This document shows positions 11,271 to 20,685 of a stretch of 64,000 nt of DNA, piece by piece. Below the pieces are notes generated by a model. That model saw only the letters and a list, made by a program, of their open reading frames with translations. It made no database searches and had not been told where the DNA came from. The stretch lies in NCBI GenBank assembly GCA_000004985.1, contig GG738868.1; one strand, written 5' to 3'. The stretch comes from Naegleria gruberi. Taxonomy: Eukaryota. Made by a program: the position numbers and the translations under genes. Positions within the stretch are counted from its first letter, which is position 1. Each line of letters begins with the position of its first letter.

Positions 11271-11341
11271 TTTTTTTTAGAAAATATTTAACCAATTCCG
11301 CCCTTCATACACAAAATTTTGTTTTTCTTACGGAATTAAAT

Positions 11342-12379
11342 TTAGTTGTGCAACACTTGACCAAGAATTGAATGTCGTAGTAGTGCATATTGTAGAGGTA
11401 GTATTACCTGAGAATATGAATCCTCAGCAGAACCCAATTCAAAATAATTTACTCTGCATTGCAGTAAGGGAATACCTTTAGAATAAATTTCGTCATTAGG
11501 AGTCAATTCTCTCATCAATTCCTCAATCATTTCGGTACTCACTTGTCTTTTCAATTCCTTCTTTAATCCAATAATTAAAAAAGTAATGTTTTTCTTACTC
11601 AACCAATCCATAATTGAATTTTCATTTAATTTTGAAAGAAAAAATGGAAGATATTTCATTCGTAAACTTTCGAATGATTCTTTCGAGCTCAAATCGAAAC
11701 AATATACAATAACATTACTTGATGGTATTTGAGATGATATTATTCCTTGATAAATCCACTCTCCTGAACAATCCCACAATTGAATTGAAAATGTTTCATT
11801 TAAAGCTGAAAATCTTACAAATTCCACTTCTGAACTTATTGTTGGTTCTATTTTCGTTTTAAATTTAGAGTTTGGAATTATCAATCTATCAACAAAACAT
11901 GATTTTCCACATGATTTAGGTCCCATGATGAGGAATTTCAAAAGTTTCCCACTTTCGGTAGTGTATTTAATATTTCTATTGAGAAATGGAAGAAAGGTTG
12001 AGTGAAAATGAGTAAAATATTCACTTGGTGAATTTTTGGGAATTGGTTTAAACCAAATAAAAGATCCATATTCTGAACTATCCCTCTCTTTCCAATTTAA
12101 TCGAATCCAATAATTTCTAAAATTCCTGCTAACTTGTTTTAACTTTGTATATTCAATATTATCCAAATATGATAATATTAAACTGAGTAATTCATCAGGT
12201 AATTGTTTTTCTAATGTGGAAATGTTGTTGAAATTGTAAACTTTCCGTTTATCAATATCATTATCAACATTAGTTTCGTATTTTGCAAGAAATAAATTTT
12301 TCGGATAATGATCAATTATTTCTGATGGTGACGGAGCGAGTGTTAGTGATTGTCCCATTTTTTTTTTAATAATTTTCAA
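11342..12379 (-). CDS. F-box-like domain fused to a Ras/Roc-type small GTPase domain
   Basis: There is an N-terminal F-box-like segment (LPDELLSLILSYLDNIEYTKLKQVSRNF). The P-loop is GPKSCGKS (GxxxxGKS) and a DxxG-type motif is LWDCSGE. It is a 345-aa single ORF. An alternative start MGQSLT (the second Met) would give an N-myristoylation-type N-terminus. Confidence 0.6.
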   Translation of the reverse strand: MKIIKKKMGQSLTLAPSPSEIIDHYPKNLFLAKYETNVDNDIDKRKVYNFNNISTLEKQLPDELLSLILSYLDNIEYTKLKQVSRNFRNYWIRLNWKERDSSEYGSFIWFKPIPKNSPSEYFTHFHSTFLPFLNRNIKYTTESGKLLKFLIMGPKSCGKSCFVDRLIIPNSKFKTKIEPTISSEVEFVRFSALNETFSIQLWDCSGEWIYQGIISSQIPSSNVIVYCFDLSSKESFESLRMKYLPFFLSKLNENSIMDWLSKKNITFLIIGLKKELKRQVSTEMIEELMRELTPNDEIYSKGIPLLQCRVNYFELGSAEDSYSQVILPLQYALLRHSILGQVLHN

Positions 12380-12547
12380 GATGACGTGTTATTGATTGTA
12401 AAATAATTTTCAATAATTACAAAATTAATAAAATGATATTGGAAAAATCAAAGAATAATTAACAAGAGTCTGCATACCTTATTGAAAGAAGGAATTTAAT
12501 TTACTGAAAATAATGAACAAACTTGAAAACTTAGATTTCTCAGTTTT

Positions 12548-13174
12548 CTAATTGGTAGTGATTGTCCAAAAACCATTTTCATCCTGACCAACAGCAACAT
12601 CAACACTGTCTTTGTGAAATGTACTCAAATCAATACAGGATACAGTGTTTGGATGAGATCTGATAATACCACCAGCTTCAAAATGAGTTTGATTGACAGC
12701 CAAATAAATCTTTGGAGACATTTTGATTTCGACATTGTTTTCAGGACCAACATTGGGAAATAAAACAGCTGGAGTGCCACTAATCATCAAACCAAGACTT
12801 TGGAAGGATCCAGTATTGTTCTCAATGTGAACAGTTGCTCCTGGAACGGCTACTCCACTTGATTCTTTGAAAATTGGAGCATCAAGATTTCCAGCCATCA
12901 CAACAGACACCGATTGACCTTCAGAAACATCCTTTGAAGTTGCAGCTCGGACCACATTTCCTTGAGTTTTATGCGAAACAAAAGCTTTCAAATTCATTTC
13001 AAACACGACCGAGGCATGAGAAGAACTATCATTGAAAGTAATTACTTTCCAGGCCACTGGGAACAGATCATTATAAAGTATGTATGGTTTAGTTTCAGGT
13101 TGAGTGAAAATCATCAAAGTGAAAGGTTGTTTAGCTTCCTTGGCAGTAAAATTAAGAACTCTCCTAAAGACCAT
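12548..13174 (-). CDS. Hypothetical protein (208 aa, Gly/Val/Ser-rich, probably beta-rich)
   Basis: Clean ORF flanked by intergenic AT-rich DNA. It has no signal peptide and no family I recognise. Confidence 0.45.
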   Translation of the reverse strand: MVFRRVLNFTAKEAKQPFTLMIFTQPETKPYILYNDLFPVAWKVITFNDSSSHASVVFEMNLKAFVSHKTQGNVVRAATSKDVSEGQSVSVVMAGNLDAPIFKESSGVAVPGATVHIENNTGSFQSLGLMISGTPAVLFPNVGPENNVEIKMSPKIYLAVNQTHFEAGGIIRSHPNTVSCIDLSTFHKDSVDVAVGQDENGFWTITTN

Positions 13175-13557
13175 CTTTGCTTTTTTTTGAGTTTGAACTA
13201 ATTTGGCCTTTAAATATCGACTATCACAAAGTCATCCAGAAAAGTCAGAGAAGAATTGCTGGCTTTTAAAAAATGTCAGTGAATGTATAATATTAAGGTG
13301 CTTTCAATGATTTTAACAAAAATGTTCAGATCCTATCACAGTCATTCACTCTTTGTAAAGAAATAGTTGTTGCCTTGACGACTTCAGTGAATGGACCAAA
13401 AACTCTTTGTAATTCTTCACTACTGCCTCTACTGTATTCACTGACTGCCTCAATGAGGAAAAGTTTGAGTGAATGGAAAATGAAATAATGTTGAATTGAC
13501 AGTCAACTATAACAATTCTGAAATTGAAAATCATATGGCTGCAAAATATTTAAAAAA

Positions 13558-14538
13558 ATGTTTCAACCACCAACTCTCGATGAATGCCAACAAGCTCTCG
13601 AATTTACTTCCCTCTCCGATCATGAAAAAACATGTAAATGTTATCAATCACAATATTTTGATCAATTGACAGAACAATTGTGGGGAAATTGGTTGAATCA
13701 ACACAAGGAAAGTGGGCAAACTTTTAGAAATTTCATGGATAAACATCAGGATGATGATTTATATTGTAAACAGGAGGAAAGACGAGTGGTTTATATTTAC
13801 CTGTTGGATAATGTATTGATGGATGGACAGGTTGACACAACAGCTCAGGAAATTCAATTCAAAGACAGAATTGGAAATCATCCATGTTTGAAAAAGGTGA
13901 TTGAGTTTCTGAGAGCTTTTTATTGGGGAGTTACTGTGAAAGCCATGCAACCATCCGAGAAGCAACTTTCTGATTATAGAAATCAATTCAAATTTACGAA
14001 TAGAATAACTTCGTTTGGGAAGAAACAGTTTCTAACAAGTGATATTATCAATTTTCTAAAACAAGTGAAACCTAAAGACTGTTATTGCATGTTGGCATTA
14101 ACAAGTTTTGATTTGTATCCAAAGGAAGATTGGAATTATGTCTTTGGAATTGCAAATATGACCCATCAAGTTGGAGTTATTTCTCATTCGAGATTTGATC
14201 CAAACTTTATGAACAAGTTTTATCCGATTCTTTCAGAAAAGGAGAAGGAAGAATTGATTTTGAAGAGAAGTTGCAAATTGGCTGCCCATGAGATTGGCCA
14301 TTTGTTCAAGTTCAAGCATTGCATTTATTATGATTGTCTAATGAATGGATACAATAGCTTAGAGGAGGTGGATGGGACTTTTATTGATATATGTCCGATA
14401 GAGATTAGAAAGTTGAAAGAGTCAATTGGATTTGATGAGCAGGAGAGATTTGGAAAGATGAGAGAATTTTTCAAAGGCAATGAGGAGTGTTTTGGGAAAG
14501 AATTGGAGTTTGTGGAAAAGATATTGAGTAAACCTTAA
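13558..14538 (+). CDS. Archaemetzincin-like zinc metallopeptidase (peptidase family M54)
   Basis: 326-aa ORF from an ATG after an A-run. It contains HEIGHLFKFKHCIYYDCLMNG followed by a downstream Cys pair (DICPIE). This matches the archaemetzincin HExxHxxGx3Cx4CxM...C motif, with K in place of the G. Confidence 0.75.
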   Translation: MFQPPTLDECQQALEFTSLSDHEKTCKCYQSQYFDQLTEQLWGNWLNQHKESGQTFRNFMDKHQDDDLYCKQEERRVVYIYLLDNVLMDGQVDTTAQEIQFKDRIGNHPCLKKVIEFLRAFYWGVTVKAMQPSEKQLSDYRNQFKFTNRITSFGKKQFLTSDIINFLKQVKPKDCYCMLALTSFDLYPKEDWNYVFGIANMTHQVGVISHSRFDPNFMNKFYPILSEKEKEELILKRSCKLAAHEIGHLFKFKHCIYYDCLMNGYNSLEEVDGTFIDICPIEIRKLKESIGFDEQERFGKMREFFKGNEECFGKELEFVEKILSKP

Positions 14539-14588
14539 TAACTGCTGTTATAGCTCAGGAATGTATTTTTAAGATATAAAGTGTGAAA

Positions 14589-14659
14589 TCAGGTGTGGTA
14601 TAGTGGTAGCATTCCAGACTGTCACTCTGGCGACCCGGGTTCAATTCCCGGCACTCGAG
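14589..14659 (+). tRNA. tRNA-Asp (anticodon GUC) candidate, possibly degenerate
   Basis: TCAGGTG-TG-GTAT-AGTGGTA-GCAT-T-CCAGA-CTGTCAC-TCTGG-CGAC-CCGGG-TTCAATT-CCCGG-CACTCGA-G. The anticodon loop is identical to eukaryotic tRNA-Asp and the T-arm is canonical. A TTTT run lies ~10 nt downstream. One A-C mismatch occurs in the acceptor stem and one in the D stem, which lowers confidence that the gene is functional. Confidence 0.55.
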
Positions 14660-15831
14660 AAGTAATAGTTTTATATTTTAATCATTTCTCAATAATTTTT
14701 TGCACTTTCTTGTGGTATGGTTTTGTATCTTCATTTGATTTCATTTTTATTTTTCAAAAATATTTTGTAATTCCTTTTTTGGAAGCCTCAGAAGAACCAT
14801 CATTTTTTTCACATCCCCTGTACTTTAATTTTCCAAACATTCTCAACCCAAAATCAATTCATCTCTCCACAAACTATTCTCCACCTTCACTTTCACCGAA
14901 ATATCAATTCTACCATTCATCCTTTATCTCGCTCAATTTTAATACAACCAATCAAGCATACTTCAATATTTTGTAAAAATAGCAAAAAAACGCCATACGC
15001 TCGAGTTATTACTTGTTCTTTCCCGCCAAAATCTCAGTTAGTATTTGTGGTAAGTGAGAGGACAACTCATTCTTGGTTTTGGTGTCACTCATCTCTATGA
15101 GATCTTGCAAACTGGAATGCAATCACTCTGTAGATGCAACGATATCTACAGAAATTTTACATTTTCCTCAACAAAATCTTGATAAACTTAGAGATAAATC
15201 TTTAGCCTATACTTTAATGCACTTTCTTCAAGTGTTTATTACAGTTTGTTGTCATGTAACAATATTTGGAATAGAGCACGAATCTTGATTGAGTCACTAA
15301 GTTTTCCTTCTTTACAAAAACCAAGCATATCAAAAAATCCCTGCCTAAATTGTTCCTAATTTTTGCTCTTCAACATTTGATTGGATCTTCAAAAAGAGAC
15401 TGGACGAATTGAATAGAGACACACTCATTACCGACTTTTGATGCTATCAATACACTTGTCTCAAAACTATTTCACATCTTCTATATACTTCATACAAAAC
15501 TTATTCGAAACATATTGTTAAAACTAATCAACATTATCCTTCTCGTTGTATGGAATCTGATACTCCCAATTGATGAACCTGTATTGTCAATTGACTGCTC
15601 CACTACATCGAAATAGTAAAGAGTTATTCTTTCAACATCCAAAATGTCACCCAAACCGCTAATTCAAATGACTTTCTTCTTCGCATCAGTGATTCGACAT
15701 GCTCGTGTCACCAATCCCCCATCATTTCACAACTAGTAATGTGTTCTCTCTGCTGAGCAATATTTAAAATGTCACTCGAGCCAACTGCCAATCAAATCAT
15801 CCACATAAAAAAATTCACAATTTATAACAAG

Positions 15832-17064
15832 ATGAATAAGACCCTCTTGTTCGCATTAGCCATGCTTTTCTGCATGGTTGCTTTCGTTTCTGCTGGTCCA
15901 TCTGCCAGTGCTGAAACTCTCGCTGCCACCACATTGTGCAACACTTTAGGAAATAAAACTAAAGGATGTGTCAAGTCATCTAGAAAACTCTTGAAAAGAG
16001 TTCCAAAGAATAAGAGAAGACAAGTTAAGAGATTGTTAAAGAAGGCCAGAAAGAATGCTCGTAAAGCAAAGAAACAACAAAGAAAGCTCAGAAAATTGAG
16101 AAGATGTGCCAAGAAGGCTAAATCTTTGAAGAAGAGAAGACAATGTAGAAGAGCATTGAAGAAGGTTGTTAAGAAGATCAAGAAGGCTAGACGTGCTGCT
16201 AGAAGAGCTGCCAAGAAGGCTGCTAAGAAGGCTAGAAAGGCCAGAAGATCTGCTAGACGTGCTGCTAGAAGAAAGGCCAGAAAAGCTTTGAAGAAGGCTA
16301 AGAAATCCTTGAAGAAGAGAAGAGCTTTGAAGAGAGCTGTCAGAAAGGGTAGAAAGTTCGGAAGAAAGGTCAGAAAGGTCAGAAAGTGTAAGAGATCTTC
16401 CTCAAGAAAGACCAGACGTGCTGCCAAGAGAAGAGTCAAGAAGGCAGTTAAGAAGGCTTTGAGAAAGTTGAAGAAACAATTGAAGAAGGCTAGAAAGGTT
16501 GCTAAGAAGGCTGCCAAGAAGGCTAGAAAGGCTAGAAGATTGAGAAGAAGACCAGCTAGAAAATGTAGACGTGTCTCAAAGAAGTCCATTAAGAGAGCTG
16601 TTAAGAGAGTTGTCAAGAGAGCTGTTAAGAAGGCTACTTTGAAGCTCAGAAAGCAATTGAAGAAGGCTAAGAAGCAAGTCAAGAAGGCTAGAAAGGTTGC
16701 CAAGAAGGCTGTTAAGAAGGCCAGAAAGGTTGTCAAGAAGGTCAAGAAGACTTGTAGAAGAAAGGTCAAGAAGGCTGCCAAGAAGATTGCTAAGAGAAGA
16801 TCTGCTGCCAAGAAGGTCGTCTTGAAGAAGGCTGCTGCTAAAAAGTTGAACAAGGTTGTTAACAAGTTGTTGAAATTGAAGAAGAAGCTCGGTAAGAGAT
16901 TCAACCCAAAGAAACACATCCCAAAGAAGGTTAGAAAGGTCTTGAGAAAATTGAGAATTTCTGCCAAGTGTGTCAAGAAGGTCAAGAAGGCTGCCAAGAA
17001 GGTTAAGGTCTCAAAGGCTTTGTTGAACAAGTTGAGAAAGGTTTCTTCCAAGTGTAGAAAGTAA
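15832..17064 (+). CDS. Secreted polycationic K/R/A-rich repeat protein (signal peptide + ~380 aa of lysine/arginine/alanine-rich low complexity with ~10 spaced Cys)
   Basis: ATG at 15832 begins MNKTLLFALAMLFCMVAFVSAGPSASA, a classical signal peptide. The rest is almost entirely KKA(R/K)K, RRA and KKV-type units with periodic Cys. Codon usage differs sharply from neighbouring genes: Lys is AAG, Arg is AGA, Ala is GCT, Leu is TTG and Val is GTC/GTT, and GC is higher. The antisense ORF 15822..17090 is a complement artifact. Confidence 0.7.
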   Translation: MNKTLLFALAMLFCMVAFVSAGPSASAETLAATTLCNTLGNKTKGCVKSSRKLLKRVPKNKRRQVKRLLKKARKNARKAKKQQRKLRKLRRCAKKAKSLKKRRQCRRALKKVVKKIKKARRAARRAAKKAAKKARKARRSARRAARRKARKALKKAKKSLKKRRALKRAVRKGRKFGRKVRKVRKCKRSSSRKTRRAAKRRVKKAVKKALRKLKKQLKKARKVAKKAAKKARKARRLRRRPARKCRRVSKKSIKRAVKRVVKRAVKKATLKLRKQLKKAKKQVKKARKVAKKAVKKARKVVKKVKKTCRRKVKKAAKKIAKRRSAAKKVVLKKAAAKKLNKVVNKLLKLKKKLGKRFNPKKHIPKKVRKVLRKLRISAKCVKKVKKAAKKVKVSKALLNKLRKVSSKCRK

Positions 17065-17295
17065 ATCAATTTCATTTGAATTTGAATCATTAAATTATTA
17101 AATACATATTTGGAAATTCAATTATTAATTTACCCATAAATTTGTTATTGTATTGCGTTTTGAAAAAAGCATGTAGATCAACAAAACTGATATGTATTGT
17201 AATATTATTTTAAATTGATTGGAAAAATTGTAAACTTTCAAAAAACGAAAAATTTGGTAATTCAAGATTAATTTTTTTTGAATTTGATAAAAAAA

Positions 17296-18447
17296 ATGCT
17301 CAACAATACTTTGGATAATAATTTTTCAATTAATCAGAATTCTGGTGATAATAATGATGGAAAAAAGAGAAAATTACAAATTGCCTTTGATGATGAATTA
17401 ATTAATCAACACGTTTCGGAGCAGATGAGTAAGAAGAGAATTCAGAATGATGAATTTGATTCGGAATTAATTCCTTTTTATCTGCAAGATGTATTTCTGG
17501 AAAATGTATTCCCGTTCATGAATGGAAGAGATTTGAATCGGATTCGATTGGTATGCAATAGTTGGTTTAATTTTCAGAAGGGAGATTATTTTGTATCGAA
17601 TCATGTGGCTCGTTTGAAATTAGAACATGATGTATTGAATATTTCAAAGAAAAAGACTCAATTATCTATTGTGAGAATGCATTTGGGATACAAGCAAGGG
17701 AAAATGTTGATTATTCATATAGAAAAGAATGATTCTCTTTCAGAGGATTTAATTGATGAACATGTATTGGATCCTGCTTGTACCAAACAAATAGATGATA
17801 CAATCATTTCAAAATTTGATTTTACAAAAATTAAATCAATTGTTGGATGGAAGGATGGAAAGAAACATGGAGAAGTTATTGATTATTTCAAAACTGGAGA
17901 AATTATGCAAATTGGACATTTTGAGAATGGAAAAAAGCATGGAGATTTTATCAAGTATTTCAACTCTCCTCATGTTGTGGAGAGGACATGTTCCTATAAG
18001 AATGACAAGTTGTGTGGTAAATTGGACGAATACAAGATAGTTCGCGATTTACAAAATCAAAAATTAGTGTTGAAAGATGTAGAATGTTCGTACGAGAATG
18101 GAAAGTATCATGGCGAGAAGATTGTCTATGATAAAGATGGAAAGATTACAGAAATTACCAATCACAAGAATGGAAAATTACATGGTGTTTCCAAATATTT
18201 CGAGGTTGGAAGAGGTTATTTGAAATTGGAAGTAAATTATCAAGATGGAAAATTACATGGCACCCACAAATCATTCTTTGCTAATGGAACACCATTTGAA
18301 ACCAAAGAATATGAAAATGGAAAGTTAATTTCTCAAACAATTGGCTCAACAGGGCGAAGAACTAGTCAAGGATTAGAATCTTCTGATGAAGATCAGGATG
18401 AGGAAATCATCAATTCAGACAATGACAACGAAGAAGATATTGAATAA
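17296..18447 (+). CDS. F-box-like + MORN-repeat protein with acidic C-terminus
   Basis: An N-terminal F-box-like motif (IPFYLQDVFLENVFPFMNGRDLNRIRLVCNSW) is present. At least 7 MORN-type repeats follow (G.KHGEVIDYFKTGEIMQIGHFENGKKHGDFIKYF ...). The C-terminus is acidic (SSDEDQDEEIINSDNDNEEDIE). Confidence 0.7.
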   Translation: MLNNTLDNNFSINQNSGDNNDGKKRKLQIAFDDELINQHVSEQMSKKRIQNDEFDSELIPFYLQDVFLENVFPFMNGRDLNRIRLVCNSWFNFQKGDYFVSNHVARLKLEHDVLNISKKKTQLSIVRMHLGYKQGKMLIIHIEKNDSLSEDLIDEHVLDPACTKQIDDTIISKFDFTKIKSIVGWKDGKKHGEVIDYFKTGEIMQIGHFENGKKHGDFIKYFNSPHVVERTCSYKNDKLCGKLDEYKIVRDLQNQKLVLKDVECSYENGKYHGEKIVYDKDGKITEITNHKNGKLHGVSKYFEVGRGYLKLEVNYQDGKLHGTHKSFFANGTPFETKEYENGKLISQTIGSTGRRTSQGLESSDEDQDEEIINSDNDNEEDIE

Positions 18448-18536
18448 TTGGATTTCTAGATTTGTTTGTTTCAAATTGTGAAATCATCACTTGTTGAAAA
18501 GGAACTTGTTATTTATAGAACTTTCATCATAAAAAA

Positions 18537-19208
18537 ATGGAACCACATCACACCAACATCCATGAATATGAAGAACCGATAGGCGAGTCCACTATTGTAA
18601 CACTTGATCACTATATCGGATCACGTATATTAACCAATTTTTATAGAACATCAGCTAGATTTAATAGTACACTGATCAATTTTGCACAATATCTTCAATT
18701 ATTCAGAGGAGAGTTAAGGACTCAACAATCTCCAAAATTAATATTTAGAGCGAGTAGGGATGGATTTTCAGATGTGACTTTTCATAAACAATGTGATGAT
18801 CAAGGAAAGATTGTAATTATTGTAAAATCAAAGGCAGGAGATTTATTTGGAGGGTACACAACCCAAACCTTGAAATTGGAAGATGATGCAGGAAGTAATG
18901 TAAAGGATGAACATGCATTTACATTTAGATTTGAATCTGATCGATTGCATATTTTCAGATTAAACCCACTTTATTCTGCACATGCATTGTATAGATATTC
19001 CTCCACTTATTTATTTGCATTTGGTTATTGCTTTTGGTTGTGTAACAATGCTGACAAACAAAACCTCTCTAGTTCACACGCTTCTACTGACAATTGCATA
19101 TTACCAGAATGTCAATTGCCTGGTAATTCATCATCGGAAAAGAGATACTATGCAGGATATGATTTTCTAGTTGAAGAGTTTGAAGTTTATAAAATTATGG
19201 ACTACTAA
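18537..19208 (+). CDS. TLDc-domain protein
   Basis: FRASRDGFSDVTFHKQCDDQGKIVIIVKSKAGDLFGGYTTQTL matches the TLDc core (RGSRDGF..F...CD..GPT....K...G.IFGGY). 223-aa single ORF. Confidence 0.65.
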   Translation: MEPHHTNIHEYEEPIGESTIVTLDHYIGSRILTNFYRTSARFNSTLINFAQYLQLFRGELRTQQSPKLIFRASRDGFSDVTFHKQCDDQGKIVIIVKSKAGDLFGGYTTQTLKLEDDAGSNVKDEHAFTFRFESDRLHIFRLNPLYSAHALYRYSSTYLFAFGYCFWLCNNADKQNLSSSHASTDNCILPECQLPGNSSSEKRYYAGYDFLVEEFEVYKIMDY

Positions 19209-19448
19209 TTTATGTTATTGCTCACCTTTAATGATTGGGATAATGAAAATGTTTGGCTAACGAAAAGAATCACTATTGGTATTATTTGCTGGATAAGTTT
19301 ACAATAACATTTTTAAATAGGTCCATATTTGGAGAGTGTAATTTCAAAACTACCTCCGGGCCAAAATTGGAGAAAAAACCAACACACAAAAAACAACTAG
19401 AATTGCATGCGAAAATTGTGTTTATAATATTTATATTGCAAAAACAAT

Positions 19449-20663
19449 ATGTATACAACAATACTATCATCAAACTCTTCCCTCGGAAATCAATCATCAT
19501 TATATATCGGAAACTGTTTACTGGTTGACCCAGATGGTTATCCCTATATTGAATGGATGTATAGCATAATGGGAGAGTGTGTTCATTCACCATTGGAACA
19601 GAGTTCATTCTACGTTGGATTGGGAAGTATAGTCCTCTATTTATTTGGAGGTATTCCACAGATTGTTCAGAATTTTATAAAGCATCATGCTGATGGATTG
19701 TCGCCTTGGACATTGGCTCAGTGGATGGTAGGGGATGGCAGTAATTTGTTGGGTGCAGTTCTGACAGGACAATTATTCACACAGATATTGTTGGCTGTTT
19801 ACTTTGTTTTGGTGGATATCATTCTTATTGGACAATATGTTGGATATAAATTGAGGGATTGGTACAGAGGAAGGAAAGATAAGAAGAAACAAGTGGAAAT
19901 GAAAGATTTTGAAGAGGATCACCATCATAAAATGGTTTTGGATAAAATAGAGCAAACCAGTAATAATGAATCAACAATGAAGAGAATTACCTCAAAGGTA
20001 ATATCTGTTTTTGGAGAGAATAAGGAGGATGTTCATGATATGCATGTTGAAATGGTACATTCAGATCATTCAGATGATGAGCACCATCATGAAGAAACAA
20101 TTCATGAAGATACTAATGCTGCAAAACTCAATTCTCCTCTCAATATTTCAATTCTATTGGTTTTGATTGCATTTTTCTGTATTTTTCAAATTATCAACAC
20201 AGCTCAATTGAATCCAAATCTAATTGGTGCCGAGTTCACAAATCAAAGAGTTGGCAGGAAATTGCTTACCATTCAAGAAGAGAAGGATCACAATAGTGTT
20301 GAATTTCCTCCAACTTCTGCCAAATCAATCATTGGATATGTTATTGGATGTATTGCAACTGTTTCCTACCTTGGTTCGAGGATTGCACAAACATTCAAAA
20401 ATTTTAAAAGAGGGAGTACCGAAGGAATGAATCCAATTTTATTCCTTTGTTCTGTATCAGGAAATATACTCTATTCGCTCTCGATATTCTTGTTTTCAGT
20501 GGATAGCTCATTCTTAATGTACAAAATTCCGTGGTTATGTAGCAGTTTGGGTAATATTACTCTTGATACAGTCATATTATCTCAATACACTTTCTATACA
20601 TTTATCAAAAAACATATCAAAGCAGGAAAATCCTCTAAGGGAAATCAATCAAATAAGGTTTAA
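19449..20663 (+). CDS. PQ-loop repeat membrane protein (lysosomal cystine/cationic amino-acid transporter-like)
   Basis: Two PQ-loop repeats are present: GGIPQIVQNFIKHHADGLS and GSRIAQTFKNFKRGSTEGMN. There are seven hydrophobic segments and a His-rich loop. The 5' end or an upstream exon is not verified. Confidence 0.6.
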   Translation: MYTTILSSNSSLGNQSSLYIGNCLLVDPDGYPYIEWMYSIMGECVHSPLEQSSFYVGLGSIVLYLFGGIPQIVQNFIKHHADGLSPWTLAQWMVGDGSNLLGAVLTGQLFTQILLAVYFVLVDIILIGQYVGYKLRDWYRGRKDKKKQVEMKDFEEDHHHKMVLDKIEQTSNNESTMKRITSKVISVFGENKEDVHDMHVEMVHSDHSDDEHHHEETIHEDTNAAKLNSPLNISILLVLIAFFCIFQIINTAQLNPNLIGAEFTNQRVGRKLLTIQEEKDHNSVEFPPTSAKSIIGYVIGCIATVSYLGSRIAQTFKNFKRGSTEGMNPILFLCSVSGNILYSLSIFLFSVDSSFLMYKIPWLCSSLGNITLDTVILSQYTFYTFIKKHIKAGKSSKGNQSNKV

Positions 20664-20685
20664 CATGGTAATTCAACATGGATGG

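Noticed and set aside
14593-14976. 127-aa GTG-start ORF (MWYSGSIPDCHSGDPGSIPG...)
   Set aside because: Its 5' end is the tRNA-Asp-like gene read as codons, and the remainder is low-complexity F/S/N-rich intergenic sequence. It has no ATG start and no coding features.
15822-17090. 422-aa (and nested 113-aa) minus-strand ORF rich in F/L/A, resembling a polytopic membrane protein
   Set aside because: It is exactly antisense to the K/R/A-rich gene: the reverse complements of AAG/AGA/GCT codons give CTT/TCT/AGC, producing F/L-rich pseudo-protein. The sense strand has the signal peptide and the biased codon usage, so the antisense ORF is an artifact.
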